Assembly: GCA_051313645.2 (NCBI GenBank)
Contig: JBNRSN020000017.1
Coordinates: 52,824,001 to 52,888,000 of the forward strand
Length of the DNA stretch: 64,000 nucleotides
Reading direction: 5' to 3'
Origin: Centroscyllium fabricii
Lineage: Eukaryota
Each line of letters begins with the position of its first letter. The stretch's first letter is position 1. Below, piece after piece: positions 48,998 through 60,397 of this stretch. A program made the translations under genes and the position numbers. Under the pieces are notes generated by a model. That model saw nothing but the letters and a program-made list of their open reading frames with translations, did no database searches and was not told where the DNA came from.

Positions 48998-49633
48998 CAG
49001 GTTGAGCACCGGTAATCCGGCACCCTCGGGACCAGGCCGGTGCCGGACCATTGAAAATTCCGAACCACTGAAGGTTGAAGAAGGGATCGAAAACTTACTG
49101 ATTTGTACTTCAGAGTGAGGGATTGGCAGAGATAATTGATGGGGCTGAATGTGTGGCCAGAGGCTTCCCGCGGGGAAATGCCACCGATCCACAAATAAAT
49201 TGTCCGCCTACCTGGTGGTCCAGGAGGTACGGAGATTCGCGGTCCTGAGACTCTCCGGGTGCTGGCGGGTAGAGGCCCACGTATCCCGGGCGTCCCTGGG
49301 ATCATGTGGGCTGGCCTAACGAATGAGAGAAGGGAATCCCCATTCATTCTTATCGGTATTCCGTATGTATGGAAACCCCATAAGAATGAATTAGAAGACC
49401 CCAGAAAATACACCTAGACATCAAATAAATAAAAATAATCACACATTTAAAATTAATTAAAATGGCATTTAATTAAATATTTAAAACAAAAATTTAATTT
49501 TTTGAAAAATAAATTTACATGCTTTACAGCGGGAAACGGTGGTGCCGCCGAGCGGCTGCTCCGCAAACTGAAGACCGCCGGTTTCAATTCGTGCCGGACC
49601 TCTGAAAGTGTCGAACCACCGGTGCTCAACCTG
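48998..49633. mobile_element. Tigger/pogo-like MITE shell with foreign interior (~49075-49528)
   Basis: TA|CAGGTTGAGCACCGG...CCGGTGCTCAACCTG|TA; ends match the 19090 and 21061 copies, the middle does not. Confidence 0.8.
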
Positions 49634-49662
49634 TACAAACTTTCATAGCGCCCTCGATGTCT

Positions 49663-49758
49663 CACACCTGAGGAAGGAGCAGTGCTCGGAAAGCTTGTGA
49701 TTTCAAATAAAACTGTTGGACTATAACCTGGTGTTGTGTGACTTCTTGCATTTGTCCA
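49663..49758 (+). mobile_element. PLE family A pLTR fragment with hammerhead motif (49665-49699; one stem II mismatch)
   Basis: CAC-CUGAGGA-A-GGAGC-AGU-GCUCG-GAAA-GC-UU-GUG; downstream matches 34505-34560. Confidence 0.8.
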
Positions 49759-49930
49759 TTGGTAAAGACAGCAAGTAACTGAGCCATACAGATCCAGAAG
49801 GTCTGTGCCGAGTTAGCGGATATCTGCCGGGGTGGCAGTGGAGGTGCAACAATCGGCTTCACCCTGTGCCAGGCAGGTGGGTCTATGATTGTGCTGCAGG
49901 GATAATTGCGCAAGTATTTGCAATGTAAAT

Positions 49931-50657
49931 ATGGAAGAAAACCAAGGAGATCATAGTGGACTTCCGGAGGACTGGAAGCAGAAGACACACCCCCATCTTC
50001 ATCCAAGGGGCTGAGGTGGAAAGGGTGTCCAGCTTCAAGTTCCTCGGGGTCCACATCTCGGAAGATCTCTCCTGGTCACTAAACACCTCCTCTCTGGTTA
50101 AGAAGGCCCAACAGCGCCTGTACTTCCAAAGGAAGCTGAAGAAAGCCAGGCTGTCATCCGGCATCCTCTCCAACTTCTACCGCTGCACAATAGAAAGCAT
50201 ACTGACAAGCTGCATCATTGTCTGGTATGGAAATTGCACTATCTCGGACCGGAAAACCCTGCAGCGGGTAGTCGAAACTGCCCAACGAATTACCGGTACA
50301 CAGCTACCGTCAATGGAAAGCATCTACCTCAAACGCTGCTTACGGAGGTCTATGAACATTATTAAAGACCCCACACACCCCAGCCACAGTCTGTTCGCCC
50401 CCCTGCCCTCCGGGAGACGCTACAGAGCAATTTGCACCCGCACGACTAGATTTCAGAACAGCTTCTTCCCCAGGGCTGTCAGACTCCTGAACTCTAAAAA
50501 GAAACTCCGGTACCTGCACGCCTGATAATGTACTTTACTGTATGCAATTTGCATGTAATTTATTTGCACTACTCTCGGGAGAGTCGAGTCTTCGTCTCGT
50601 TGTATTGTACTAGTACTCTGCAATGACAATAAAACTTGAATTGAATTGAATTGAATT
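49931..50657 (+). mobile_element. Rex1/Babar LINE 3' fragment
   Basis: ORF 49956-50525 VERVSSFKFLGVHISEDLSW...KKAQQRLYF...NFYRCTIESILT; AATAAA and (TTGAA)n tail. Confidence 0.9.
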
Positions 50658-50697
50658 GTGAACTGAACTACAAAAGCGCTAAATAGAAAAGCACTTT

Positions 50698-51101
50698 ACA
50701 TAGAAACATAGAAACTAGGAGCAGGAGTAGGCCATTCGGCCCTTCGAGCCTGCTCCGCCATTCAATGAGATCATGGCTGATCATCCAAACCCAGTACCCC
50801 GCCCCTGCCCTCTCCCCACATCCCTCGATTCCTATCGAGCCTGCACCGACACATATCCCACCCTATCCCCGTAACCCCACATATTCAATCACCCTAACAC
50901 TAAGGGTCAATTTATCATGGCCAATCAACCTAACCTGCACATCTTTGGACTGTGGGAGGAAACCGGAGCACCCGGAGGAAACCCACGCAGACACGGGGAG
51001 AATGTGCAAACTCCACACAGATAGTACCCGAGGCTGGATTTGAACCCGGGTCTCCAGTGCTGTGAGACAACAATGCTAACCGCTGTGCTACCGTGCCGCC
51101 C
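50698..51101 (-). mobile_element. Full-length HE1-type V-SINE
   Basis: Reverse complement of the 17846-18247 element. Confidence 0.92.
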
Positions 51102-52137
51102 TATGTAGAGCAGCTCATTGCTGTACTGACAATCTGCATGAAGGTACTTCAGATCCAGCATCTCTAATAAAACAGCTCTGAAAATGCAAAGCTGGGTATT
51201 TCCACCTGGGATCCAGCAAAAAGTGGAAGGCAATTCAATCAGTGCTGCTCTTAATTAGCTTCTAATGGGTGAACACAGAGAACAAACAGTGGAGGCTGAG
51301 GAGCAACTCACTTGACCGCTCTCTTGACCAGCTCATGCCTGTGGTATAGGGGGACTTGACAGGAGCACAAAATCAGAGAGATATATAAGTCATTAAAAAT
51401 GCTAAAACAGTGATAACACAGAGGAAAGCAGCAGACCTAGCAGTAGATTGCTGAAGTCCTGACCTATAGAGTCACAAATTTGAGTCGCAGCCTTAATTGG
51501 GATTGAACGTCATCTGTTCTCAGTGCAGGGATTTCACTGGTTTTCAGCCAGGTCACAGCAGCAGCCTGCTTGACCTCAGCAGGGAAGATTTGACCTTGTG
51601 CACTTCCTACCAGCTGATCACCGAGCGATATCAATGGCAGTGATGCACGGGTGTGTGACCCAGAGAGTCCCTTGCTCATGACAGAAAGAAGGATAATAAC
51701 AGCACAGGGGAGGATATATTTAACATATAAATTCTAAAACCTTTGATTCCTGAGGGGTGATGGTGCTTTGAGATGAAAATAAGCTAAAACTGGACCAGGG
51801 AAAAGAGGATGTGAAGTATGAATGAGGTAGACAAAGCTTGTTAAAAGGACAAGAATAGTACTGTACAGTAACATATAAACAAACAGCACTGTTTTACTGA
51901 GGATGTCCTATATTTCCACTGTGTCGTATCCAACCTGTATTGTGTGTTAATTAATGTACTTTTCCTGTTATGTTAATAAAGTCAATACAAAAAGGAGTCC
52001 GTCTAATGTGAGTGTGTTTCTGAGTACTTTCCCCAGTGTTATAATAGGAAATATGTGTATTACAAAATCAGACAGCTATCAGTTATATCACCAATGTTCC
52101 GATATGTGCATTTGCAATGGTTCTATATACAGGTTGA

Positions 52138-52839
52138 CAGTGTTGGCCGTGAGCGCGCTAAATGAGCGCGCGTTCACGAACGCGTTCACATTTACGTGAA
52201 CGCCGAACGAGTGGCTCTTTCCCGACAGCGTGAGCGAAAATCTGAGCGCCGCTCTGTTTGGAGTGAGTGAGCGGCGCTCTCCCAGGTATGTGACGCCGAA
52301 CGCATGCGCAGATCGTCTCCCAGGTATGTGACGCTGAACGCATGCGCAGATCGTCTCCCAGGTATGTGACGCCGAACGCATGCGCAGATCGTCTCCCAGC
52401 GACACGAGTCCTGAAGCCATCGGGACGGGAGCGGTGAGTGCTTTGCTTTGCGCTTAGCTTTTGCTTTTGCTTTTGCTTTTGGTTTTGGGTTTTGGCTTTG
52501 GGTTTTTGGCTTTTGGTTTTGCTTTTGCTTTTTGGCTTTTGCTTTTGGCTTTGGTTTTTGGCTTTGGCTTCAGCTTCTATTATTCTTTAATGGGCTGTAG
52601 CAATGATTGGGGGCTGTCAGTGGATGGATAAGAGGATGTTCTATTGAAAAATAATAGCTCGGGGCAGCGCATTAAAAGAAAAGAAAAAAAAAAACGAACT
52701 TTGAACTAGTTCATTTTTGAGCTGCGAACTTAAGTTCAAAATTCAAAATTATGAACTATGAACTTGAACTAGTTCATTTTAAAATGATTGAACTGAACTT
52801 TGAGCTAGCTCTTGTTACGTGTGAACTTTCCCAACACTG
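52138..52839. mobile_element. hAT non-autonomous element
   Basis: TIRs CAGTGTTGG / CCAACACTG; perfect 8-bp TSD CAGGTTGA (52130-52137, 52840-52847); GAACTAGTTC subterminal repeats. Confidence 0.88.
52278..52399 (+). repeat. 38-bp tandem repeat, about 3.2 copies, followed by (TTTTGC/TTTGG)n at ~52440-52570
   Basis: Unit TCTCCCAGGTATGTGACGCCGAACGCATGCGCAGATCG. Confidence 0.9.
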
Positions 52840-52997
52840 CAGGTTGAACACCGTTTATCCGGTAACCAAAAAGCCGGCAACTTCAGTCGTCCGGCATAAA
52901 CCGCCCCGACTGCTATGCGCATGTGCAAAATGGCCGCCGCAATCGATGCTTTGGCGAATGAGCTGCGCATGCGCTGCCGAATGGCGGGAGCATGCGC

Positions 52998-54970
52998 AGA
53001 CCTGAAGATTGGGAGCAGTTCAGGATACAGCAAAGGAGGACAAAGAGATTAATCAGGAGGGGGAAAATAGATTACGAAAGTAAGCTTGCGGCAAACATAA
53101 AAAACGACTGCAAAAGCTTTTATAGGTATATCAGGAGGAAAAGATTGGTAAAATCCCAAGTCGGTCCCTTGCGGTCTGATTCAGGGGAATATATAATGGG
53201 GAATAAGGAAATGGCAGACCAATTAAATTCATATTTTGGTTCTGTCTGCACAAAGGAGGACACAAATAACCTCCCTGGGATATCGGGAAACATGGGGACT
53301 AATGCAAGGGAGGAGCTGACAGAAATCAGTATTTCTAAGGATATGGTGTTGGGGAAGTTGAAGGGATTGAAGGCCGACAAATCCCCAGGGCCTGATAATC
53401 TACATCCTAGGCTACTTAAGGAGGTGGCCCTGGAGATAGTAGATGCCTTAATGATCATTTTCAGGAACTCGATAGACTCGGGAACAGTACCCACGGATTG
53501 GAGGGTAGCAAATGTTACCCCACTGTTTAAAAAGGGGGGTAGAGAATCAGCAGGGAATTATAGACCAGTAAGCCTTACATCAGTAGTAGGCAAAATGCTA
53601 GAGTCCATTATTAAGGATGTAATAGCGGAGCACTTGACAAATAGGGATGGGATCGGACAGAGTCAACATGGATTTACAAAAGGTAAATCGTGCTTGACTA
53701 ATCTATTGGAATTCTTTGAGGAAGTAACTGGTAAAATGGATGGGGGAGAGCCAGTAGATGTGGTGTACCTTGACTTCCAGAAAGCCTTCGATAAGGTCCC
53801 ACATAAAAGATTAGCATGCAAAATCAAGGCTCATGGGATTGGGGGCAAAGTACTGACGTGGATAGAGAACTGGCTGGCTGATAGAAAACAGAGAGTTGGA
53901 ATAAACGGCTCGTTTTCTGAGTGGCAGGTGGTGACTAGTGGGGTGCCGCAGGGATCTGTCCTGGGACCCCAGCTGTTCACAATATATATTAATGATCTGG
54001 ACCAGGGAATTGGATGCAACATCTCCAAATTTGCAGACGACACTAAACTAGGAGGGGGGGTGGGCTCTGATGTCAGGAAGCTCCAGTGCGATTTGGACAA
54101 GTTGGGGGAATGGGCGGATACATGGCAAATGCACTATAATGTGGATAAATGGGAGGTTATCCACTTTGGGGGCAAAAACAGGAGGGCAGATTATTATTTA
54201 AATGGCAATAGATTGGGAGATGGGGAAGTGCAGAGAGACCTGGGTGTTCTTGTGCACCAGTCACTGAGGGCGAGCATGCAGGTGCAACAGGTGGTTAAGA
54301 AGGCAAATAGTATGTTGGCCTTCATATCAAGAGGGTTCGAGTATAGGAATAAAGATACCTTACTACAGCAGTACAAGGCACTGGTGAGACCACACCTTGA
54401 GTATTGTGTACAGTTTTGGTCACCTCATCTGAGGAAGGATGTTCTTGCCATGGAAGGAGTGCAGCGGCGATTCACCAGGCTGATACCTGGAATGGCAGGA
54501 ATGACCTACAAGGAGAGATTGTGTAGTTTGGGCTTGTACTCGCTGGAGTTTAGAAGATTGAGAGGAGATCTCATAGAAACATATAAAATTCTGACAGGCC
54601 TGGACAGGTTAAATTCAGAAATAATGTTTCCAATGGTGGGGGAGTCCAGAACCAGGGGCCACAGTCTAAGGATAAGGGGTAAACCATTTAGGACAAATAT
54701 GAGGAAGAATTTCTTCACCCAGAGAGTGGTGAGCCTGTGGAATTCCTTGCCATAGAGGGCAGTGGAGGCCAGTTCATTAAATATATTTAAGAGGGAATTG
54801 GATACATTTCTTCAGGCTAAAGGGATTAAGGGTTACGGAGAGAAGGCGGGGACAGGGTACTTAACTTGAAAGATCAGCCAAAGATCAGCCATGATCTCAT
54901 TAAATGGCGGAGCGGGCTTGAAGGGCCGAATGGCCTACTCCTGCTCCTATCTTCTATGTTTCTATGTTTC
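52998..54970 (+). mobile_element. 5'-truncated CR1 LINE, same subfamily as 1-2157
   Basis: ORF 52992-54755 has a full RT motif set; premature stop near the C-terminus; (TTTCTATG)n tail. Confidence 0.95.
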
Positions 54971-55678
54971 TAAAACTTCATGGCGGCCATTCCCAATGGT
55001 AAGAATCTGCCGCTCACTCCGGCCTCACTCCTTCAGCGCTGCCCAGGACCGGGCTCCGACTGCTAACTCTCCCTCGCCAACCATTCTCGAATTCGGTTCT
55101 CTCGTGTTGTTAGTGCTGTGTTGGGCCTGCAGCCTGGGCCTCGATTTATGGTTGTAGGTGGGGTGGAGGGGAGAGTCCCATCCTGTCTGCCTGGTGCGCC
55201 GAGCCGAGGGATCTTTGCACGGCGGGTTCTGGGCCGCGGGTTGTTTTTGTCCCCACTAACCGGGTGATGTGAACTCTGGCTCCCTGTGCGTTTATTGTAA
55301 CTCATTACAGGGACTCCACGGGTTTGCTTTTTGAATTGGTGCAGTAGCTGCCGTTTACCATAATGTATGGACTCAGGCTGCAGCTACACTGCAGGTGATC
55401 AAAACTTCCGGCGGCCATTTCCAATGGTGTGCGCATGCGTGCGGCCATTTTGAATGGTGTGCGCATGCGCACTGGCCGGCTTCATTCTTCCAGTTTTTTC
55501 GCTATCCCAGCGCGGGCCTAATCCCGCCCGTGCCGGTATAACGGTGTTCAACCTGTAATATAATATTAATCCAAGATTGAGTCATTTTGGAAAGGCAAAG
55601 ATATAGCAATGTGTTCATTTAGATTTGGACAATGGATCAGCTGCATGGTGACTATTGAAGAACCAGACAAATCAGTAC

Positions 55679-55967
55679 TGATGCGCAAATCAATCACGCC
55701 AGTCGTTGGTGAAAAGTAATTGAAGGCTTTTATTCACAAAGAACAGAACCTAGTCTGCAATGAGTCCGCCCGGAATGAGAGCCAGGTGGGCGGAGCATTC
55801 TCCTTTATACCCATACCCAGAGGCGGGGTCAGCCGGTCCAGGTCCTTACAGAAAGGCACAGATTTATCAACACAAACTATATACAATGATCCAGAAAGAC
55901 ACAGACATACCAACCCAACTATATACAACAATAGCACAGTGTGAACCACACCAAATGGTTCATCACA
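55679..55967 (-). mobile_element. Solo LTR (Gypsy-like)
   Basis: TG...CA ends, perfect 5-bp TSD AGTAC (55674-55678, 55968-55972), minus-strand TATAAA (~55809) upstream of AATAAA (~55734). Confidence 0.85.
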
Positions 55968-56737
55968 AGTACATTCTGACGTTATACTGCCAATTTGATA
56001 CTGAATCTATGCTTGTTTAATCTAACATTTCACACAGCAGGTGAGTTTTGTTTTAAAGGCCAATCTACAACATTTCAATCTTTCCCTGCTTTATTGTTTC
56101 AGACTATAACCATTCTACATAAATATTGAAACCAAAGTTGTTACTATTCACACCAATATGCATTACTTTGAATTTACGAAGTAAATTAAGGTCCAGAACT
56201 GAAGTTCCAATGGTTAAAAATTCCCACGGGATCCTAAGGGATAATTTAAAAATACGTTCACAGAGATTCTCTCCTTTGTCACTCTCTAGTTGGAGAGTGT
56301 AATCCTTACCTGGAATGTCCTATTTACATTCAAAAATTATAACTGATTAATTGTACCTTCCAGGCAGTTCAGTTTATTTTGAGTCAAGTTATTTTCTTAC
56401 CTGCTTTCCACCCATGTATAGTTTGTTTTTCAGTTAAAATTGCCATCGTCAGTCACTGCCACGTAGTTTCAAATCAATTGCCTGAGAAGATTATGATTAC
56501 CCCAAACCCTAACCCAGTTATTAATGAAACCCTTTCCTTGCTTTTCTGTATCATTGTCTCAACCACTTGTTGAGAATCATTCTCAGTCAAGCAGATTAAT
56601 ACCACTTTCGGCTCCCTATCATGAAACTATTTTACTGTCATTTTAAAAATGCCTTTCAATACAACCATTGTATCCAAATATAACAGGTCATCCAGTGTTT
56701 CCCCTACCTCTTTTAAAAGCAATTACTTTTTGCCATA

Positions 56738-56850
56738 ATGTAAGAAGTCACACAACACCAGGTTATAGTCCAACAGTTTTATTTGAAATCACAAGCTTTC
56801 AGAGCACTGCTCCTTCGTCAGGTGAAGTGAAGAGATTCATAAAGGCACAT
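56738..56850 (-). mobile_element. PLE family A pLTR fragment with hammerhead motif at 56789-56825
   Basis: UCAC-CUGACGA-A-GGAGC-AGU-GCUCU-GAAA-GC-UU-GUGA. Confidence 0.8.
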
Positions 56851-57104
56851 TTTTGCCCTAATAAACACAAATTGTTTTAATTCTCCGTATGTGTTCCTTA
56901 TGCTTCCTGCACATTACCTACCGCCGATCTAGATCCTATGCCACTTTCATTTTACTTGATTTCTCAGTATCCTGAGTTGCTTCCTCAACTCCTGGCTCCA
57001 TTCTCACTGACTTTATCATTCTCAGCCCAGTTACACCCCTTTTTATCTGATCGTGGTGACTATTGTCTTTATTCCTCCAGACCAATCTTGTTGCCCATCT
57101 TGTA

Positions 57105-57825
57105 TGATAGCAAAATACTGCAGATGCTGGAAATCCGAAATAACAACAGAAAATGCTGGAAAACCTCAGCAGGCCAGGCAGCATCGGTGAAGAGATATAG
57201 AGTCGATGTTTCGGGTTAGGACCCTTTGTCAAGAGTAAAGCCAGGAAATGAAACAGGTAGGAAGGCCGGGGGAGCTGGGAGGGAACAAAAGGGAAGAGAG
57301 AAAAAAAAAGGCCAAATAAAAGATCCCACTCTGATCTCTCATGTCCTTGGCCTATTACAGTGTTCCTCGGAAGCTCAGCGTAAACTCGAGGAACAACACC
57401 ACATCTTCCGATTAGGCACTTCACAGTCCTTCGGACTCAATATCGAATTCAACAATTTCAGATCATAACTTTGCCCCCTATTATATTTTTACCTATTTTT
57501 ATCCACACCTTTCATTTGGCCTTTTCTCTCTCGTGGCAGCCGCCTCCCATTCTGCCAGTGCTTTTCACACCTAATCTATAGCTGTCTCCTGTCCACAGCC
57601 CCGTCAGCATATCGTCTCATTTTGAATACCTCTTCATCTCTTTTCACTTTGGCTCTCTCTTCTCTTGTTTTTTCTTCCCTTTTGTTCCCTCCCAGCTCCC
57701 ACGGCCTTCCTACCGGTTTCATTTCCTGGCTTTAGTCTTGACAAAGGGTCCTAACCCGAAACGTCAACTCTATATTTCTCTCCACGGATGTTGCCTGGCC
57801 TGCTGAGATTTTCCAGCATTTTCTG
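57105..57825 (+). mobile_element. PLE (family C): inverted pLTR, GIY-YIG C-terminus and direct pLTR; hammerhead variants at 57201-57236 (-) and 57734-57769 (+)
   Basis: ORF 57226-57468 ends RKLEEQHHIFRLGTSQSFGLNIEFNNFRS*; 17-bp TSD TTGTTGCCCATCTTGTA (57088-57104, 57826-57842). Confidence 0.88.
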
Positions 57826-58009
57826 TTGTTGCCCATCTTGTAGTCTTTTCTCCTACCCTATGTGCTTTTCCACTCGGACATGCCTTGTATGTTCTTTCAA
57901 TTTCTCTAAATAACTCTCCATTTAATTGTTTGGTCAGTCCCAGTGAGTAACAATCTGGCGTATTAAAAAAACTTCTTTAATCTTTCTGTGTACACCAGCC
58001 ATTAAAGTA

Positions 58010-59091
58010 GGAAAACTCTCCATTGGTTGGAATCATACCTAGCACAAAGGAAGTTGGCTGTGGTTGTTGGAGGTCATTCATCTCAACCACAGGACATCAC
58101 TGCAGGAGTTCCTCAGGGCAGTGTCCTAGGCCCAACCATCTTCAGCTGTTTCATCAATGACCTTCCCTCCATCATAAGGTCAGAAGTGGGGATGTTCACT
58201 GATGATTGCACACTGTTCAGCACCATTCGAGACTCGTCAGATACTGACACAGTCCGTGTCCATATACAGCAAGACCTGGACAACATTCAGACTTGGGCTG
58301 ACAAGTGGCAAGTAACATTCGCACCACACAAGTGCCAGGCAATGACCATCTCCAACAAGCGAGACTCTAACCATCTCCCCATGACATTCAATGGCATTAT
58401 CATCGCTGAATCCCCCACTATCAACATCCTGGGGGTTACCATTGATCGGAAACTGAACTGGACCAGCCATATAAATACTGTGGCTACAAGAGCAGGCCAG
58501 AGGCTGGGAATTCTGCGGCGAGTGTCTCACCTCCTGACACCCCAAAGCCTTTCCACCATCTACAAGGCACAAGTCAGGAGTGTGATGGAATACTCTCCAC
58601 TTGCCTGGATGAGTGCAGCTCCAACAACACTCAAGAAGCTCGACACCATTCAGGATAAAGCAGGCCGCTTGATTGGCACTCCATCCACAACCTTCAACAT
58701 TCACTCCCTCCACCACCGGCGCACTGTGGCTGCAGTGTGTACCATCTACAAGATGCACTGCAGCAACTCGCCAAAGCTCCTTCAACAGCACCTTCCAAAC
58801 CCACGACCTCTACCACTTAGAAGGACAAGGGCAGCAGACGCATGGGAACAGCACCACCTACAAGTTCCCTTCCAAGCCACACACCATCCTGACTTGGACC
58901 TGTATCGCCGCTCCTTCACTGTCGCTGGGCCAAAATCCTAACAACATTGTGGGTGTACCTACACCATATGGACTGCAGCGGTTCAAGAAGGCGGCTCACC
59001 ACCATCTTCTCAAGGGCAGTTAGGGATGGACACTAAATGCAGGCCTAGCCAGCCAGCAACGCCCACATCCCATCAATGAATTTTAAAAAAA
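58010..59091 (+). mobile_element. Second, shorter copy of the 22668-25291 LINE
   Basis: ORF 58027-58941 is nearly identical to 24241-25224; same tail. Confidence 0.92.
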
Positions 59092-59361
59092 GGTTGGAAT
59101 AACGTTCTGGTTCTTAAGGAAAAGTTATCTTGTGGTTTACAAAGCCACTTTTCCTGAAGAACCAAAAAACTGTTTAGGAGTACTTTTGCCCACTTTAGCT
59201 ATTACGATTGCTCTCTATAGTTCCCCATTCATCCACAGCTGACAGCATGGGGTCCTGCTCATATGCCTCTGTCAGTGCTGCTCGGAGGTCAACTGTTGTA
59301 AGTTTGTGAATGGCCCAGGATGACTCCCTGTAGGGAAGCAATTAAAGCCTCCTCCCAGTGA

Positions 59362-59579
59362 TGATGTGGAGTTGCCAGTGTTGGACTGGGGTGGACAATT
59401 GTAAGAAGTCACACAATACCAGGTTAAAGTCCAACAGTTTTATTTGAAATCACAAGCTTTCGGGGCGTAGCTCCTTCATCAGGTTTATACACCTGATGAA
59501 GGAGCTACGCTCCGAAAGCTTGTAATTTCAAATAAAACTGTTGGACGATAACCTGGTGTTGTGTGACTTCTTACAATTG
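59362..59579. mobile_element. Fold-back pair of PLE family A pLTR ends with hammerheads at ~59451-59485 (-) and ~59490-59524 (+)
   Basis: Inverted repeat centred near 59487; 12-bp direct repeat TCCTCCCAGTGA (59350-59361, 59580-59591). Confidence 0.85.
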
Positions 59580-59739
59580 TCCTCCCAGTGACACTGCTAA
59601 GACCAGAAACTGAGCATGTAGAGAATTGCAAGTTGGACTTGTATCTCATCACTTCCTCACGCAAGATTGGTGCTCTGACCTGTCATGTCACCACCATGCA
59701 GACCAATTATTTTCTTACAGTAAGCGGCAGCTAACAGAA

Positions 59740-60243
59740 TAGAAACATAGAAGATAGGAGCAGGAGTAGGCCATTCGGCCCCTCGAGCCTGCTCCGCCAT
59801 TCAATGAGATCATGGCTGATCATCCAAACCAAGTACCCTGTCCCTGCCTTCTCTCCATATCCCTTGATCCCTCTAGCCTTAAGAAATACATCGAACCCCT
59901 TCTTGAATATATTCAATGAACTAGCCTCCACCGCCCTCTGTGGCAGAGAATTCCACAGGTTCACCACTCTCTGGGTGAAGAAATTCCTCCTCATCTCTGT
60001 CCTAAATGAGTTACCCCTTATCCTTAGACTATGACCCCTGGTTCTGGACTCTCCGATCATCGGGAACATTTTTCCTGCATCAAGTTTGTCCAGTCCTGTT
60101 AGAAATTTATACGTTTCGATGAGATCCCCTCTCAATCTTCTAAACTCCAGAGAGTACAAACCCAGTCTACCCAGTCACTCCTCATACGTCATTCCTGCCA
60201 TCCCAGGTATCAGCCTGGTGAATCTTCTCTGCACTCCCTCCAT
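59740..60243 (-). mobile_element. CR1 3' fragment, near-identical to the end of 1-2157
   Basis: ORF 59731-60159 matches the C-terminus of ORF 353-2071. Confidence 0.92.
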
Positions 60244-60397
60244 GTCAGGTGTTGGCAATTGATTTTGCAATGATTCAGGCAGAGCGATTTTCCCTCATCC
60301 CGTTCAAACCTTCATACAGAGGGGTTGTCTCTCTCTATCTGCTTAACTCTTGCTGATTCTTAATTTACATCTAAAATCAACAGTAGACTTTTTATCA

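Larger units (their letters stand above)
52130..55555. mobile_element. Tigger/pogo-like MITE expanded by nested hAT, CR1 and a ~400-bp unknown insert
   Basis: TA|CAGGTTGA (52130); the TIR resumes at 52840; right end ACGGTGTTCAACCTG|TA at 55555. Confidence 0.75.

Noticed and set aside
49770-49900. Possible old tRNA-derived SINE fragments (also ~39850-40000, ~41370-41600, ~47540-47720)
   Set aside because: Too degenerate to assign a family or boundaries without a library search
52278-52399. CRISPR-like 38-bp repeats
   Set aside because: Head-to-tail with no spacers, inside a eukaryotic hAT element
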